A stretch of 64,000 bases of DNA from Haliotis rufescens (lineage: Eukaryota): positions 21,452,001-21,516,000 of the forward strand of contig NW_025963779.1 in NCBI RefSeq assembly GCF_023055435.1. The letters are read 5' to 3'. Both the position numbers and the translations under genes were made by a program. Within the stretch, counting starts at the first letter, position 1, and each line of letters starts with the position of its first letter. Below, piece by piece: positions 25,075-39,052 of this stretch. Under the pieces are notes generated by a model. It was not told the origin of the DNA, searched no databases, and worked only from the letters and a program-made list of their open reading frames with translations.

Positions 25075-25420
25075 ACACTGTCACCATTACCTGCAGGACA
25101 TAGAGATACTATTACATTCAGGACATTTAGACACCATAACCTTCAAGACATAGAGACACAATTTATTCAGGAAATATCAACAGCATAAGCTACAGGACAT
25201 AGGCACACCATTTCCTCCAGGACATATAGACACCATTACCTTCAGGATATATCAGTACCATTACCTTCAGGACCTATGGAGACCATCGCCTTCAGGACAT
25301 TTAGACAACATCACCTTCAGGACATAGACACCATTACTTTCAGGACATTTAGACAACATTACCTTCAGGACATACGGACACCATAACCTACAGGACAAAT
25401 AGACGCAATTACCTTCAGTG
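25075..25420. repeat. Degenerate ~25-27-bp repeat (ACACCATTACCTTCAGGACAT...)
   Basis: Recurrent CAGGACAT and ACCTTCAG motifs. Confidence 0.75.
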
Positions 25421-27115
25421 CACATTGTTAATATCAAGTTCATGTCAAATTGACAACAAAACCTTTCTGTCATCATGACACCGTTACCTCCGTGTCACAT
25501 GGTTAGCCTCACCATCTGGACACTCCTACGCACGGGTTTCTGTAAGTGCTTAGACGCCTTGCATAGCGTTAGAGAGGCAATGCCCTGCCAAAGGAGACTG
25601 AGTGATCCGGCCCATTGGTCGTGTCATCATAAACTTCAGATATCATTATCAGGTAATTCTTCAGATTCCAACGTCATAAGAATTATATTCTGGAATTGTG
25701 TAAACGAGATATGGGTTTAAGTGTCTTTGGGGATGAAAAACAGTGTCACTTGTCCCACATCTGTTACATAAAACACATATTAATATGATTTTCCGCTTTA
25801 GACAAAAACATTCGAGCCAGCATGTGAAATGTTAGAAAACGATTTCTACAGCGAACAAAAAAAAAGAAGAGACAAATGCTTTGCCCGCTGTGAGCACGAC
25901 GTTCCTGGTAATTCAATTGTTTGCTATATAACAGCCATGGTAAAGAGAGGGCCAGCGAGATCCGGCACCGCCAAGTGCAGGGAGGAGAAAACAACGAGAT
26001 CATTCCTAAAGTTAAACACCAACTGTTTTCACATTCTCAGACGTTAAAGAGGGGCACTAGGACAGACACCTGCTTCGCGACGTCATCGCATTGTGTGTTG
26101 AGATGCTTCTGTTCTCCGAAAGAGACATGATGGAGTAGCATCTAAAGAAGATGTGAGTTATGTCAAGATTTAATGGACTTTCCGTTCGCATGGCGGCAGT
26201 CTACGACTCTAGGATGGTTTGCCTTATGAAAGTACGATGTAGGCTTAGAAGGTAAAACATTCACCCAAACACGTTTAACCCTTTCAAAGGGCTAGACATA
26301 TAAACTCGCAGCGTAAATGAACATAAAACAAGGCCTAAATACATGTGAATGATCTACGATGTTTACTGTGACGTTTATAAGTGAGTGCTTTAGATAAGAG
26401 TGCCTGCAGTAAGAATTAGATCAACGTCACGTTGAGTATAAACCATCATACATTTAAAAAAAATAAAGAATGAATTAAAAAAAAAATGCAAGTGATCATG
26501 ACACACTGGATACATAATATATACCTCTAAAAACACAAGCCATATTGAAGTCTATATTTAGTTGAATGTGGATTCAGTGGCGCTTCAACTTTTATTGTTG
26601 TCACCAGACTACAAGGACGAGTGGCGCTATGCCACGTGACAAAGTTAACATGGTATTTGGAAACTAACTAAATACTGTAGTCTGTTTACTTTGAAAATCT
26701 TCCTTGCAAATGCATCAAGCGCTGAACCTTTCAGAAAAAAATCAGACGACACTTTATCAACGACATCCGGTTGTTTCTTAAAGTCAACACTGACGTAATG
26801 ATGACGTCATGGTATATAAGAAACAGTTTTTTGCATGTTGTTTTGCATGAGTATTATATCGCTTGGGCATCACCTGTTTCAGCGACAAGTTTAAGCTCAC
26901 TTGTCCCAGAAAGGCACATATCAGAAAGAACTTTATTTTGATTGATCCAATTTATACATCAACATCACCTATCTAAATGTTTTCACAGAAATTAAAACAA
27001 AAATCATTTTGCGTCATTATATGAATTATTTGTTCTTCGGAATCCCCTAATTTTAATATACCAAATAAATTGGCTGTCAAACATACATCTAATATTAAGT
27101 CACTACTATGGGCCA

Positions 27116-27378
27116 GGCCCGTGAAGATCCGGGGTAGAATAGGTCTTCAGCAACCCATGATTGCCGTAAAAGGTGACTATGCTTGTCGTAAGAGGCGACT
27201 AACGGGATCGGGTGGTCAGGCTCGCTGACTTGGTTGATGCATGTCATCGATCCCAATTACATGGATCGATGCTCATGATATTAATCACTGGATTGTCTGG
27301 TCCGGGCTCAATTATTAACAGACCGCGGTCATATAGCTGGAATATTGCTGAGTGCAGCGTTAAACAACCAACCAACCA
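27116..27378 (+). mobile_element. Retroposon family D, full-length copy with TSD
   Basis: GGCCCGTGAAGATCCGGGGTAGAATAGGTCTTCAGCAACCC...GCGTTAAAC(AACC)n. TSD ACTATGGG(C/T)CA at 27105-27115 and 27379-27389. Confidence 0.92.
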
Positions 27379-28327
27379 ACTATGGGTCAATGGTAGGGAA
27401 TACCTCCATAACTAAAACAGTGACATTGAATCAACGATATTATTAACTTTGAGAGTCGGTAAGAAGTAAAATAAATGAGCGAGATGAGAAACACAGCAAT
27501 AAAAATAGAAAATTCTTGTCAAGTTCTTCCTTAACAGTTTTACCAAGCGCAGCCTTGTTTTATGTCCCGTGTGCTCTGGAAATAGACACGTAGTATTTGT
27601 GATGTAGTTTCCACCTCAATAGACCCTGCTCAGGGTACATATGGTGTTTAAAGTACGTCAGTGTTGTTTGTATGTAGGGAACATCGCTTATCTTTTTCTG
27701 CATGGGGTGTTCCCAAACCTCCATGTTAATTTATTATGTGTCTGCTGTTAAATAAGTATAACAGACAAGTTGAACGTTGTTTTATTGTGCGGGGGAACAT
27801 CTGTTTGGGAGTGTTTGCATTAATTTACAGGTACAAAAATAAACGTTGCTTGTAAATTTAGAACGTCTAAAATTGATATAGATCCATGGTGTGCTCCTAT
27901 AGGTTTAGGTGGCCCAGTGCTTAAATACACTGCGGAGTTGCGTCCCTTAGCCGTGGCAGGATCTCTGATCAATGGATAGAAAAGCAGTTTCGCCTCGATT
28001 ATAATCGTATTGCAGCACTATACTCGTGGGTCCCATCAAGGTAGTACGCTTGGGGCGCTTAAGGATTTCATTCCATCTTAAGTCGACAATGCGTACTGTT
28101 GTTCATTTCATTGATCATGTCAGATACGAACAGCATTGCTAGTATTATAAGTAGCATGATCTCCCAGACTAACATATGGATGACAGTACTAGAAAAAGAA
28201 ATGGATGACCATTATTTGTTTCATTCTATGGTTAACGTTTTCATTATCACTATCATATTAAGAATATTTAATATATATTCTTTGATACAATTGCTCAATC
28301 AACGGTTATAAGCACGTGGTCATGCTT

Positions 28328-31300
28328 CCCCACATCCTCCCATCCACGACTTCACATCCACTTCCACACATCCTCCCATCCACGACTTCACAACTACTTC
28401 CACACATCATCTCCTGAACGACTTCACATCTACTTCAACACATCCTCCCATCCACGACTTCACATCCCTTTCCACACATCCTCCCATCCACGACTTCACA
28501 TCCCTTTCAACACATCCTCCCATCCACGACTTCACATCTACTTCCACACATCATCACCTGAACGACTTCACATCCCTTTCCACACATCCTCCCATCCACG
28601 ACTTCACAACTACTTCCAAACATCATCTCCTGAACGACTTCACATCTACTTCAACACATCCTCCCATCCACGACTTCACATCCCTTTCTACACATCCTCC
28701 CATCCACGACTTCACATCTACTTCCACACATCATCTCCTGAACGACTTCACATCTACTTCCACACATCATCTCCTGAACGACTTCACATCCCTTTCCACA
28801 CATCCTCCCAACCACGACTTCACATCTACTTCCACACATCATCTCCTGAACGATTTCACATCCCTTTCCACACATCCTCCCATCCACGATTTCACATCTA
28901 CTTCCACACATAATCTCCTGAACGACTTCACATCCCTTTCCACACATCATCTCCTGAACGACTTCACATCTACTTCCACACATCCTCCCATCCACGACTT
29001 CTCATCTACTTCCACACATCATCTCCTGAACGACTTCACATCTACTTCCACACATCTTCTCCTGAACGACTTCACATCTACTTCCACACACCTTCTCCTG
29101 AACGACTTCACATCTACTTCCACACATCATCTCCTGAACGACTTCACATCTACTTCCACACATCTTCTCCTGAACGACTTCACATCTACTTCCACACATC
29201 ATCTCCTGAACGACTTCACATCTACTTCCACACATCTTCTCCTGAACGACTTCACATCTACTTCCACACATCTTCTCCTGAAGACTTCACATCTACTTCC
29301 ACACATCATCTCCTGAACGACTTCACATCTACTTCCACACATCATCTCCTGAACGACTTCACATCTACTTCCACACATCATCTCCTGAACGACTTCACAT
29401 GTACTTCCACATATCTTCCCATCCACGACTTCACATCTGCTTCCACACATCATCTCCTGAACGACTTCACATCTACTTCCACACATCCTCCCATCCACGA
29501 CTTCACATCTACTTCCACACATCATCTCCTGAACGACTTCACATCTACTTCCACACATCATCTCCTGAACGATTTCACATCTACTTCCACACATCCTCCC
29601 ATCCACGACTTTACATCTTCTTCCACACATAATCTCCTGAACGACTTCACATCTACTTCCACACATCATCTCCTGGACGATTTCACATTTACTTCCACAC
29701 ATAATCTCCTGAACGACTTCACATCTACTTCCACACATAATCTCCTGAACTTCACATCTACTTCCACACATAATCTCCTGAACGACTTCACATCTACTTC
29801 CACACATAATCTCCTGAACTTCACATCTACTTTCACACATAATCTCCTGAACGACATCACATCTACTTCCACACATAATCACCTGAACGACTTCACATCT
29901 CCTTCTACACATCCTCCCATCCACGATTTCACATCTACTTCCACACATAATCTCCTGAACGACTTCACATCTACTTCCACACATCCTCCCATCCACGATT
30001 TCACATCTACTTCCACACATAATCTCCTGAACGACTTCACATCTACTTCCACACATAATCACCTGAACGACTTCACATCTCCTTCCACACATCCTCCCAT
30101 CCACGATTTCACATCTACTTCCACACATAATCTCCTGAACGACTTCACATCTACTTCCACACATCTTCTCCTGAACGACTTCACATCTACTTCCACACAT
30201 CTTCTCCTGAAGACTTCACATCTACTTCCACACATCATCTCCTGAACGACTTCACATCTACTTCCACACATCATCTCCTGAACGACTTCACATCTACTTC
30301 CACACATCATCTCCTGAACGACTTCACATGTACTTCCACATATCTTCCCATCCACGACTTCACATCTGCTTCCACACATCATCTCCTGAACGACTTCACA
30401 TCTACTTCCACACATCCTCCCATCCACGACTTCACATCTACTTCCACATATCATCTCCTGAACGACTTCACATCTACTTCCACACATCATCTCCTGAACG
30501 ATTTCACATCTACTTCCACACATCCTCCCATCCACGACTTTACATCTTCTTCCACACATAATCTCCTGAACGACTTCACATCTACTTCCACACATCATCT
30601 CCTGGACGATTTCACATTTACTTCCACACATAATCTCCTGAACGACTTCACATCTACTTCCACACATAATCTCCTGAACTTCACATCTACTTCCACACAT
30701 AATCTCCTGAACGACTTCACATCTACTTCCACACATAATCTCCTGAACTTCACATCTACTTTCACACATAATCTCCTGAACGACATCACATCTACTTCCA
30801 CACATAATCACCTGAACGACTTCACATCTCCTTCTACACATCCTCCCATCCACGATTTCACATCTACTTCCACACATAATCTCCTGAACGACTTCACATC
30901 TACTTCCACACATCCTCCCATCCACGATTTCACATCTACTTCCACACATAATCTCCTGAACGACTTCACATCTACTTCCACACATAATCACCTGAACGAC
31001 TTCACATCTCCTTCCACACATCCTCCCATCCACGATTTCACATCTACTTCCACACATAATCTCCTGAACGACTTCACATCTACTTCCACACATCCTCCCA
31101 TCCACGATTTCACATCTACTTCCACACATAATCTCCTGAACGACTTCACATCTACTTCCACACATAATCACCTGAACGACTTCACATCTCCTTCCACACA
31201 TCCTCCCATCCACGATTTCACATCTACTTCCACACATAATCTCCTGAACGACTTCACATCTACTTCCACACATCCTCCCATCCACGATTTCACATCTACT

Positions 31301-32610
31301 TCCACACATCTTCTCCTGAACGACTTCACATCTACTTCCACACATCTTCTCCTGAAGACTTCACATCTACTTCCACACATCATCTCCTGAACGACTTCAC
31401 ATCTACTTCCACACATCATCTCCTGAACGACTTCACATCTACTTCCACACATCATCTCCTGAACGACTTCACATGTACTTCCACATATCTTCCCATCCAC
31501 GACTTCACATCTGCTTCCACACATCATCTCCTGAACGACTTCACATCTACTTCCACACATCCTCCCATCCACGACTTCACATCTACTTCCACACATCATC
31601 TCCTGAACGACTTCACATCTACTTCCACACATCATCTCCTGAACGATTTCACATCTACTTCCACACATCCTCCCATCCACGACTTTACATCTTCTTCCAC
31701 ACATAATCTCCTGAACGACTTCACATCTCCTTCCACACATCATCTCCTGGACGATTTCACATTTACTTCCACACATAATCTCCTGAACGACTTCACATCT
31801 ACTTCCACACATAATCTCCTGAACTTCACATCTACTTCCACACATAATCTCCTGAACGACTTCACATCTACTTCCACACATAATCTCCTGAACTTCACAT
31901 CTACTTTCACACATAATCTCCTGAACGACATCACATCTACTTCCACACATAATCACCTGAACGACTTCACATCTCCTTCTACACATCCTCCCATCCACGA
32001 TTTCACATCTACTTCCACACATAATCTCCTGAACGACTTCACATCTACTTCCACACATCCTCCCATCCACGATTTCACATCTACTTCCACACATAATCTC
32101 CTGAACGACTTCACATCTACTTCCACACATAATCACCTGAACGACTTCACATCTCCTTCCACACATCCTCCCATCCACGATTTCACATCTACTTCCACAC
32201 ATAATCTCCTGAACGACTTCACATCTACTTCCACACATCCTCCCATCCACGATTTCACATCTACTTCCACACATAATCTCCTGAACGACTTCACATCTAC
32301 TTCCACACATAATCACCTGAACGACTTCACATCTCCTTCCACACATCCTCCCATCCACGATTTCACATCTACTTCCACACATAATCTCCTGAACGACTTC
32401 ACATCTACTTCCACACATCCTCCCATCCACGATTTCACATCTACTTCCACACATAATCTCCTGAACGACTTCACATCTACTTCCACACATAATCACCTGA
32501 ACGACTTCACATCTCCTTCCACACATAATCACCTGAACGACTTCACATCTCCTTCCACACATCTTCTCCTGAAGACTTCACATCTACTTCCACACATCTT
32601 CCCACCCACC
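28328..32610. repeat. 36-bp minisatellite (CACACATCATCTCCTGAACGACTTCACATCTACTTC and a CCTCCCATCC variant), about 119 copies, with ~0.93-1.15 kb higher-order repeats
   Basis: 36-nt period. The diagnostic variant CATGTACTTCCACATATC recurs near 29400, 30330 and 31475. Confidence 0.97.
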
Positions 32611-34265
32611 ACGTAGTTATTGCATTAGACATGACACTCTGACACGTAGTTATTGCATTAGACATGACACTCTGACACGTAGTTATTGCATTAGTCATGA
32701 CACTCCGACACGTAGTTATTGCATTAGACATGACACTCTGACACGTAGTTATTGCATAAGACATGACACTCTGACACGTAGTCATTGCATTAGACATGAC
32801 ACTCTGACACGTAGTTATTGCATTAGGCATGACACTCTGACGCGTAGTTATTGCATTAGGCATGACACTCTGACACGTAGTTATTGCTTTAGACCTGACA
32901 CTCTGACACGTAGTTATTGCTTTAGACATGACATTTTGAAACGTAGTTATGACATGAGACATGACACTCTGACACGAAATTATTGCTATAGACATGGAAC
33001 TCTGACACGTAGTTATTGCTTTAGACATGACACTCTGACGCGTAGTTATTGCATTAGACATGACACTCTGACACGTAGTTATTGCATTAGGCATGACACT
33101 CTGACACGTAGTTATTGCATTAGGCATGACACTCTGACACGTAGTTATTGCTTTAGACCTGACACTCTGACACGTAGTTATTGCTTTAGACATGACATTT
33201 TGAAACGTAGTTATGACATGAGACATGACACTCTGACACGAAATTATTGCTATAGACATGGAACTCTGACACGTAGTTATTGCTTTAGACATGACACTCC
33301 GACATGTAGTTATTGCATTAGACATGACACTCCGTCATGTAGTTATTGCATTAGACATGACACTCCGACACGTAGTTATAGCATTAGACATGACACTCCG
33401 ACATGTAGTTATTGCATTAGACATGACACTCCGTCATGTAGTTATTGCATTAGACATGACACTCCGACACGTAGTTATAGCATTAGACATGACACTCCGT
33501 CATGTAGTTATTGCATTAGACATGACACTCCGACACGTAGTTATAGCATTAGACATGACGCTCCGACATGTAGTTATAGCATTAGACATGACACTCCGTC
33601 ATGTAGTTATTGCTTTAGATATGGCACTCTGGTATGTAGTTAGACACTCTGAAACGAAATTATTGCTATAGACATGGAACACTGACACGTAGTTATTGCA
33701 TTAGACATGACACTCTGACACGTAGTTATTGCATTAGACATGACACTCTGACACGTAGTTGTTGCATTAGACATGGAACTCTGACACGTAGTTTTTGCAT
33801 GAGACATGACGCTCTGACACGTAGTTATTGCATTAGACATGACACTCCGTCATGTAGTTGTTGCATTAGACATGACACTCCGTCATGTAGTTATTGCATT
33901 AGACATGACACTCCGACATGTAGTTATAGCATTAGACATGACACTCCGACACGTAGTTATAGCATTAGACATGACACTCCGACATGTAGTTATAGCATTA
34001 GACATGACACTCCGACACGTAGTTATAGCATTAGACATGACACTCCGACACGTAGTTATAGCATTAGACATGACACTCCGACACGTAGTTATAGCATTAG
34101 ACATGACACTCCGACACGTAGTTATAGCATTGGACATGACACTCCGACACGTAGTTATAGCATTAGACATGACACTCCGACACGTAGTTATTGCTTTAGA
34201 CATGACACTCTGACACGTAGTTATTGCATTAGACATGACACTCTGACACGTAGTTATTGCTTTGG
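32611..34265. repeat. 33-bp minisatellite (ACACGTAGTTATTGCATTAGACATGACACTCTG), about 50 copies
   Basis: 33-nt period. An 8-unit block is duplicated (ACATTTTGAAACG at 32931 and 33195). Confidence 0.97.
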
Positions 34266-34564
34266 AGATGACATAATCTACATAGACATTGTATATCACG
34301 TGACACAACCTTTGCTGGCAATGCCAATATCTACATAGACGTTGTATGTGACGTGACAACTTCGTGATATTGAGTGCTCCATAGACCTACTTTGAGTAGC
34401 AAACAGACGGCGACCATGGAAACGGATCTTTGTGCCTGGAGAGCGGAGGCGGGAGGTAATTTCCTGGAAACTCATTTTAGATGCTCACACTTCAGTGCGG
34501 AGGAAAAGGGCAATACAGACATTACATAACAATTGGCAAGTATCCAAGACATACATTTTTCCAT

Positions 34565-34802
34565 ACCGCCACCGTGGTCTAGTGGAAAGAGCATCTGCCC
34601 GTGGGGCGGAAGGTCGGTGGTTCGATTCCCAGCCGCGTAATACCAAAAGACGGTAAATGATGGTACGTGTTGTTACCCTGCCTGGCGCTCAGCATTAAGG
34701 GACTTAAACATAGAATGTTCCGATCTGAGTCAGTATACTGTGTCTGAGTGGGGTTGTATATTAAACACCGGCATGATATCGCAGTGGGCTAGCACCATAA
34801 AA
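34565..34802 (+). mobile_element. tRNA-derived SINE family B (Meta/MESC-type core), 3'-truncated
   Basis: CCGTGGTCTAGTGG...GGTTCGATTCC followed by ATACCAAAAGACG...GGTACGTGTTGTTACCCTGCCTGGCGCTCAGCATTAAGGG. Confidence 0.85.
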
Positions 34803-34844
34803 TTTCCCCATTCCACGAAACATCACCATTTCTCAATGTGAACG

Positions 34845-36208
34845 GTGTCCAAGACATATATTTCTCAATGCGGGTTGTGTCTATGACATCCATTTTCCCA
34901 TGCAGGCTCTATCCATTTCCCGTTGCGGGCTGTATCCAAGGCATACATTTTCCGTTGCGGGCTGTATCCAAGACATACATTTTCCGTTGCGGGCTGTATC
35001 CAAGACATACATTTTTCCATGCGGGCTGTATCCAAGACATACATTTCTCCATGCTAGCTGTTTCCAAGACATATATTTCTCCATGCTAGCTGTTTCCAAG
35101 ACATATATTTCTCCATGCTAGCTGTTTCCAAGACATATATTTCTACATGCGGGTTGTATCCAAAACAAATATATCTCCATGCTAGCTGTTTCCAAGACAT
35201 ACATTTTTCCATGCGGGCTGTTTCCAAGACATACATTTCTCCATTCGGGCTGTATCCAGGACATACATTTCTCCACGCGGGCTGTATCCAGGACATACAT
35301 TTCTCCTTGCGGGTCGTATTCAAGACATACATTTTTCCATGCGGGCTGTATCCAGGACATACATTTCTCCATGCGGGCTGTATCCAAGACATACATTTCT
35401 CCATGCGGGCTGTATCCAAGTCATACATTTTTCCATGCGGGCTGTATCCAGGACATACATTTTTCCATGCGGGCTGTATCCAAGACATACATTTTTCCAT
35501 GCGGGTTGTATCCAAAACAAATATTTCTCCATGCTAGCTGTTCCAAAACATATATTTCTCCATGCGGGCTGTATCCAGGACATACATTTATCCACGCGGG
35601 CTGTATCCAAGACATACATTTTTCCATGCGGGTTGTATCCAAAACAAATATTTCTCCATGCTAGCTGTTCCAAAACATATATTTCTCCACGCGGGCTGTA
35701 TCCAGGACATACATTTATCCATATGGGCTGTTTCCAAGACATACATTTCTCCACGCGGGCTGTATCCAGGACATACATTTCTCCACGCGGGCTGTATCCA
35801 GGACATACATTTCTCCACGCGGGCTGTATCCAGGACATACATTTCTCCTTGCGGGCTGTATCCAGGACATACATTTCTCCACGCGGGCTGTATCCAGGAC
35901 ATACATTTCTCCACGCGGGCTGTATCCAGGACATACATTTCTCCACGCGGGCTGTATCCAGGACATACATTTCTCCTTGCGGGCTGTATCCAGGACATAC
36001 ATTTCTCCTTGCGGGCTGTATCCAGGACATACATTTCTCCTTGCGGGCTGTATCCAGGACATACATTTCTCCTTGCGGGCTGTATCCAAGACATACATTT
36101 CTCCACGCGGGCTGTATCCAGGACATACATTTCTCCATATGGGCTGTATCCAGGACATACATTTCTCCTTGCGGGTGGTATTCAAGACATATATTTCTCC
36201 ATGCGGGC
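34845..36208. repeat. 32-bp minisatellite (GCGGGCTGTATCCAGGACATACATTTCTCCAT), about 42 copies
   Basis: 32-nt period. A unit-like fragment at 34541-34564 lies before the SINE. Confidence 0.95.
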
Positions 36209-37129
36209 TAATTTTTTATCAATATTTTTCCTACACTTTTTAAGCGTTTTAATAATGAAAACACAAATTTGTCACGGTTGTCATGTCAACACTCACGAGT
36301 ACACAAGGAAACGGGTCAAGAATTTGAACGTTTTCGCGAAATCAATGGTTTGATGACCATATCAACGTTTTTCATTTGCACCAATTCATGTATTTCATCC
36401 ACAAATATGACAACATTTCATCCTCATCAACTCGCATACATAATCTAGCTATTTTTCAAAAGGGCCCAGTAAAGCTCGCACGTTGAGACACGAAACCCGT
36501 TGTATGCCACCAAGCGATAATGTTTTCACAATTTCATCATCATAATAAATCAGACAAGGGCAGCCAAGCGAACAAACACCCCTTCTTATGAAACACAAAT
36601 ACGCCATGCTGCTTGCCAGTTATATTATGGATGACATTTAACTGAGTACCGTGTTTAAGTCGACGACCGGATTGCCTCCTATTGTTCGTGACTGTATATG
36701 ATACAGCAGAAATCGATGCCATGGCAACAGACGCCATTCATATTTGTCAAACTGCTTAAAATTGTGACAAGATCGTTCCAGGAAGCCAATATAGAACTCT
36801 AATCGACATGATTACCGACAGCGGAACTCGCATACCGTGATGAGGAGCTATCTTAGTGTAAATATCTTAATCCAACACACAGACTTGCTTCTTTTTTTAA
36901 AATTACTACTTTAACGTTCACCGTGTGTACTTGACGGCCTGGAGATGCCGTGGGTGTGATATAATGTATTAGACTGGAGTGAGTCACGATGTTTCAGTTA
37001 AAAACAATCGCATGAGTCCCTTGATGCAAAATACAAGCTACTGTACATATTGACGCGAGTGGCGTGATCCGGTTCCAGGAAGGTTTCCATTTGAATTGTC
37101 CATGTCAGCGCTGAAGGCGGAGGGGAGCG

Positions 37130-38660
37130 ACGGGTTGGTCTGTCTGACTCTAAACTGTGTAGACGGGAAGGGTGAGGCGAAGGTCTGTCTCACCCTACAC
37201 TGTGTAGGCGGGGGCGGGGGCGGGGGCGGGGGCGGGGGAGGGGAAGGAGGATGTGTTGGTCTGTCTCACCCTACACTGTGTAGACGGGGGCGGGGGCGGG
37301 GGAGGGGAAGGGGGATGTGTTGGTCTGTCTCACCCTACACTGTGTAGACGGGGGCGGGGGCGGGGGAGGGGGAGGGGGAGGGGGATGTGTTGGTCTGTTT
37401 CACCCTACACTGTGTAGGCGGGGGCGGGGGCGGGGAAGGGGGATGTGTTGGTCTGTTTCACCTTACACTGTGTAGACGGGGGCGGGGGCGGGGGAGGGGG
37501 AGGGGGAGGGGGAGGGGGCATGTGTTGGTCTGTCTCACCCTACACTGTGTAGGCGGGGGCGGGGGCGGGGGCGGAGGAGGGGAAGGAGGATGTGTTGGTC
37601 TGTCTCACCCTACACTGTGTAGACGGGGGCGGGGGCGGGGAAGGGGGATGTGTTGGTCTGTTTCACCTTACACTGTGTAGACGGGGGCGGGGGCGGGGGA
37701 GGGGGAGGGGGAGGGGGAGGGGGATGTGTTGGTCTGTCTCACCCTACACTGTGTAGACGGGGGAGGGGGAGGGGGAGGGGGATGTGTTGGTCTGTTTCAC
37801 CCTACACTGTGTAGGCGGGGGCGGGGGCGGGGAAGGGGGATGTGTTGGTCTGTTTCACCTTACACTGTGTAGACGGGGGCGGGGGCGGGGGAGGGGGAGG
37901 GGGAGGGGGAGGGGGCATGTGTTGGTCTGTCTCACCCTACACTGTGTAGGCGGGGGCGGGGGCGGGGGCGGAGGAGGGGAAGGAGGATGTGTTGGTCTGT
38001 CTCACCCTACACTGTGTAGACGGGGGCGGGGGCGGGGAAGGGGGATGTGTTGGTCTGTTTCACCTTACACTGTGTAGACGGGGGCGGGGGCGGGGGAGGG
38101 GGAGGGGGAGGGGGAGGGGGATGTGTTGGTCTGTCTCACCCTACACTGTGTAGACGGGGGCGGGGGCGGGGAAGGGGGATGTGTTGGTCTGTCCCACCCT
38201 ACACTGTGTAGACGGGGGCGGGGGCGGGGGCGGGGGAGGGGGAGGGGGAGGGGGATGTGTTGGTCTGTCTCACCCTACACTGTGTAGACGGGGGCGGGGG
38301 CGGGGAAGGGGGATGTGTTGGTCTGTCCCACCCTACACTGTGTAGACGGGGGCGGGGGCGGGGGAGGGGGAGGGGGAGGGGGATGTGTTGGTCTGTCTCA
38401 CCCTACACTGTGTAGGCGGGGGCGGGGGCGGGGAAGGGGGATGTGTTGGTCTGTTTCACCTTACACTGTGTAGACGGGGGCGGGGGAGGGGGAGGGGGAG
38501 GGGGAGGGGGGGGGGGGCATGTGTTGGTCTGTCTTACCCTACACTGTGTAGGCGGGGGCGGGGGAGGGGGAGGGGGATGTGTTGGTCTCTCTCACTCTAC
38601 ACTGTGTTGGCGGGGGAGCGTGACGTGGTGGCCTGTCTCACCCTACACTGTGTAGGCAGA
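37130..38660 (+). repeat. Array of about 24 conserved ~36-bp units separated by variable (GGGGGC/GGGGGA)n tracts; potential G-quadruplex array
   Basis: GATGTGTTGGTCTGTYTCACCYTACACTGTGTAGRC alternates with G5 runs. There is a 397-bp higher-order duplication (37387/37784). Confidence 0.92.
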
Positions 38661-38750
38661 TTCCCCACTTCTGTACTATATGTGACAGCCCATTCTCAGT
38701 GTATCCTAATATGATATTCGAATTAATTTTGTTGTGGGTTTCACAACAGA

Positions 38751-38964
38751 CGTAGAGGCGACTTTTCTTGTCATAAGAGGCGACTAACGGGATCGGGTGG
38801 TCTGACTCGCTGACTTGGTTGATGCATGTCATCGTATTCCACTTGCGTAGATCGATGCTCATGATGTCAAACACTGGATTGTCTGGTCTAGGCTCGATTA
38901 TTTACCGACCGCCGTTATGTAGCTGGAATATTGCTGAGTGCGGCGTTAAACAACAAACAAACAA
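38751..38964 (+). mobile_element. Retroposon family D, 5'-truncated
   Basis: TAAGAGGCGACTAACGGGATCGGGTGG...GCTGAGTGCGGCGTTAAAC(AACA)n. Confidence 0.88.
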
Positions 38965-39052
38965 CATGTTCGACGTTTCAGTCGACATCGATTTATTTTG
39001 CTCAGATTGGTAGTCGACTGTAAGTCGAACAGGAATCGTGATTTATTTTGAA

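Noticed and set aside
28651-32562. Long Cys-rich ORFs (MCGSRCEVVQE repeats, up to 464 aa) resembling keratin-associated or metallothionein-like proteins
   Set aside because: They are translations of a 36-bp minisatellite. Frame-breaking 35-bp units recur within the array, and there is no signal peptide or unique flanking coding sequence.
32543-36353. Multiple repetitive ORFs on both strands
   Set aside because: They are translations of the 33-bp and 32-bp arrays. The 32-bp unit is not a multiple of three.
37130-38660. CRISPR-like repeat/spacer appearance
   Set aside because: The spacers are only poly-G hexamers rather than unique sequences, there are no cas genes and the context is eukaryotic.
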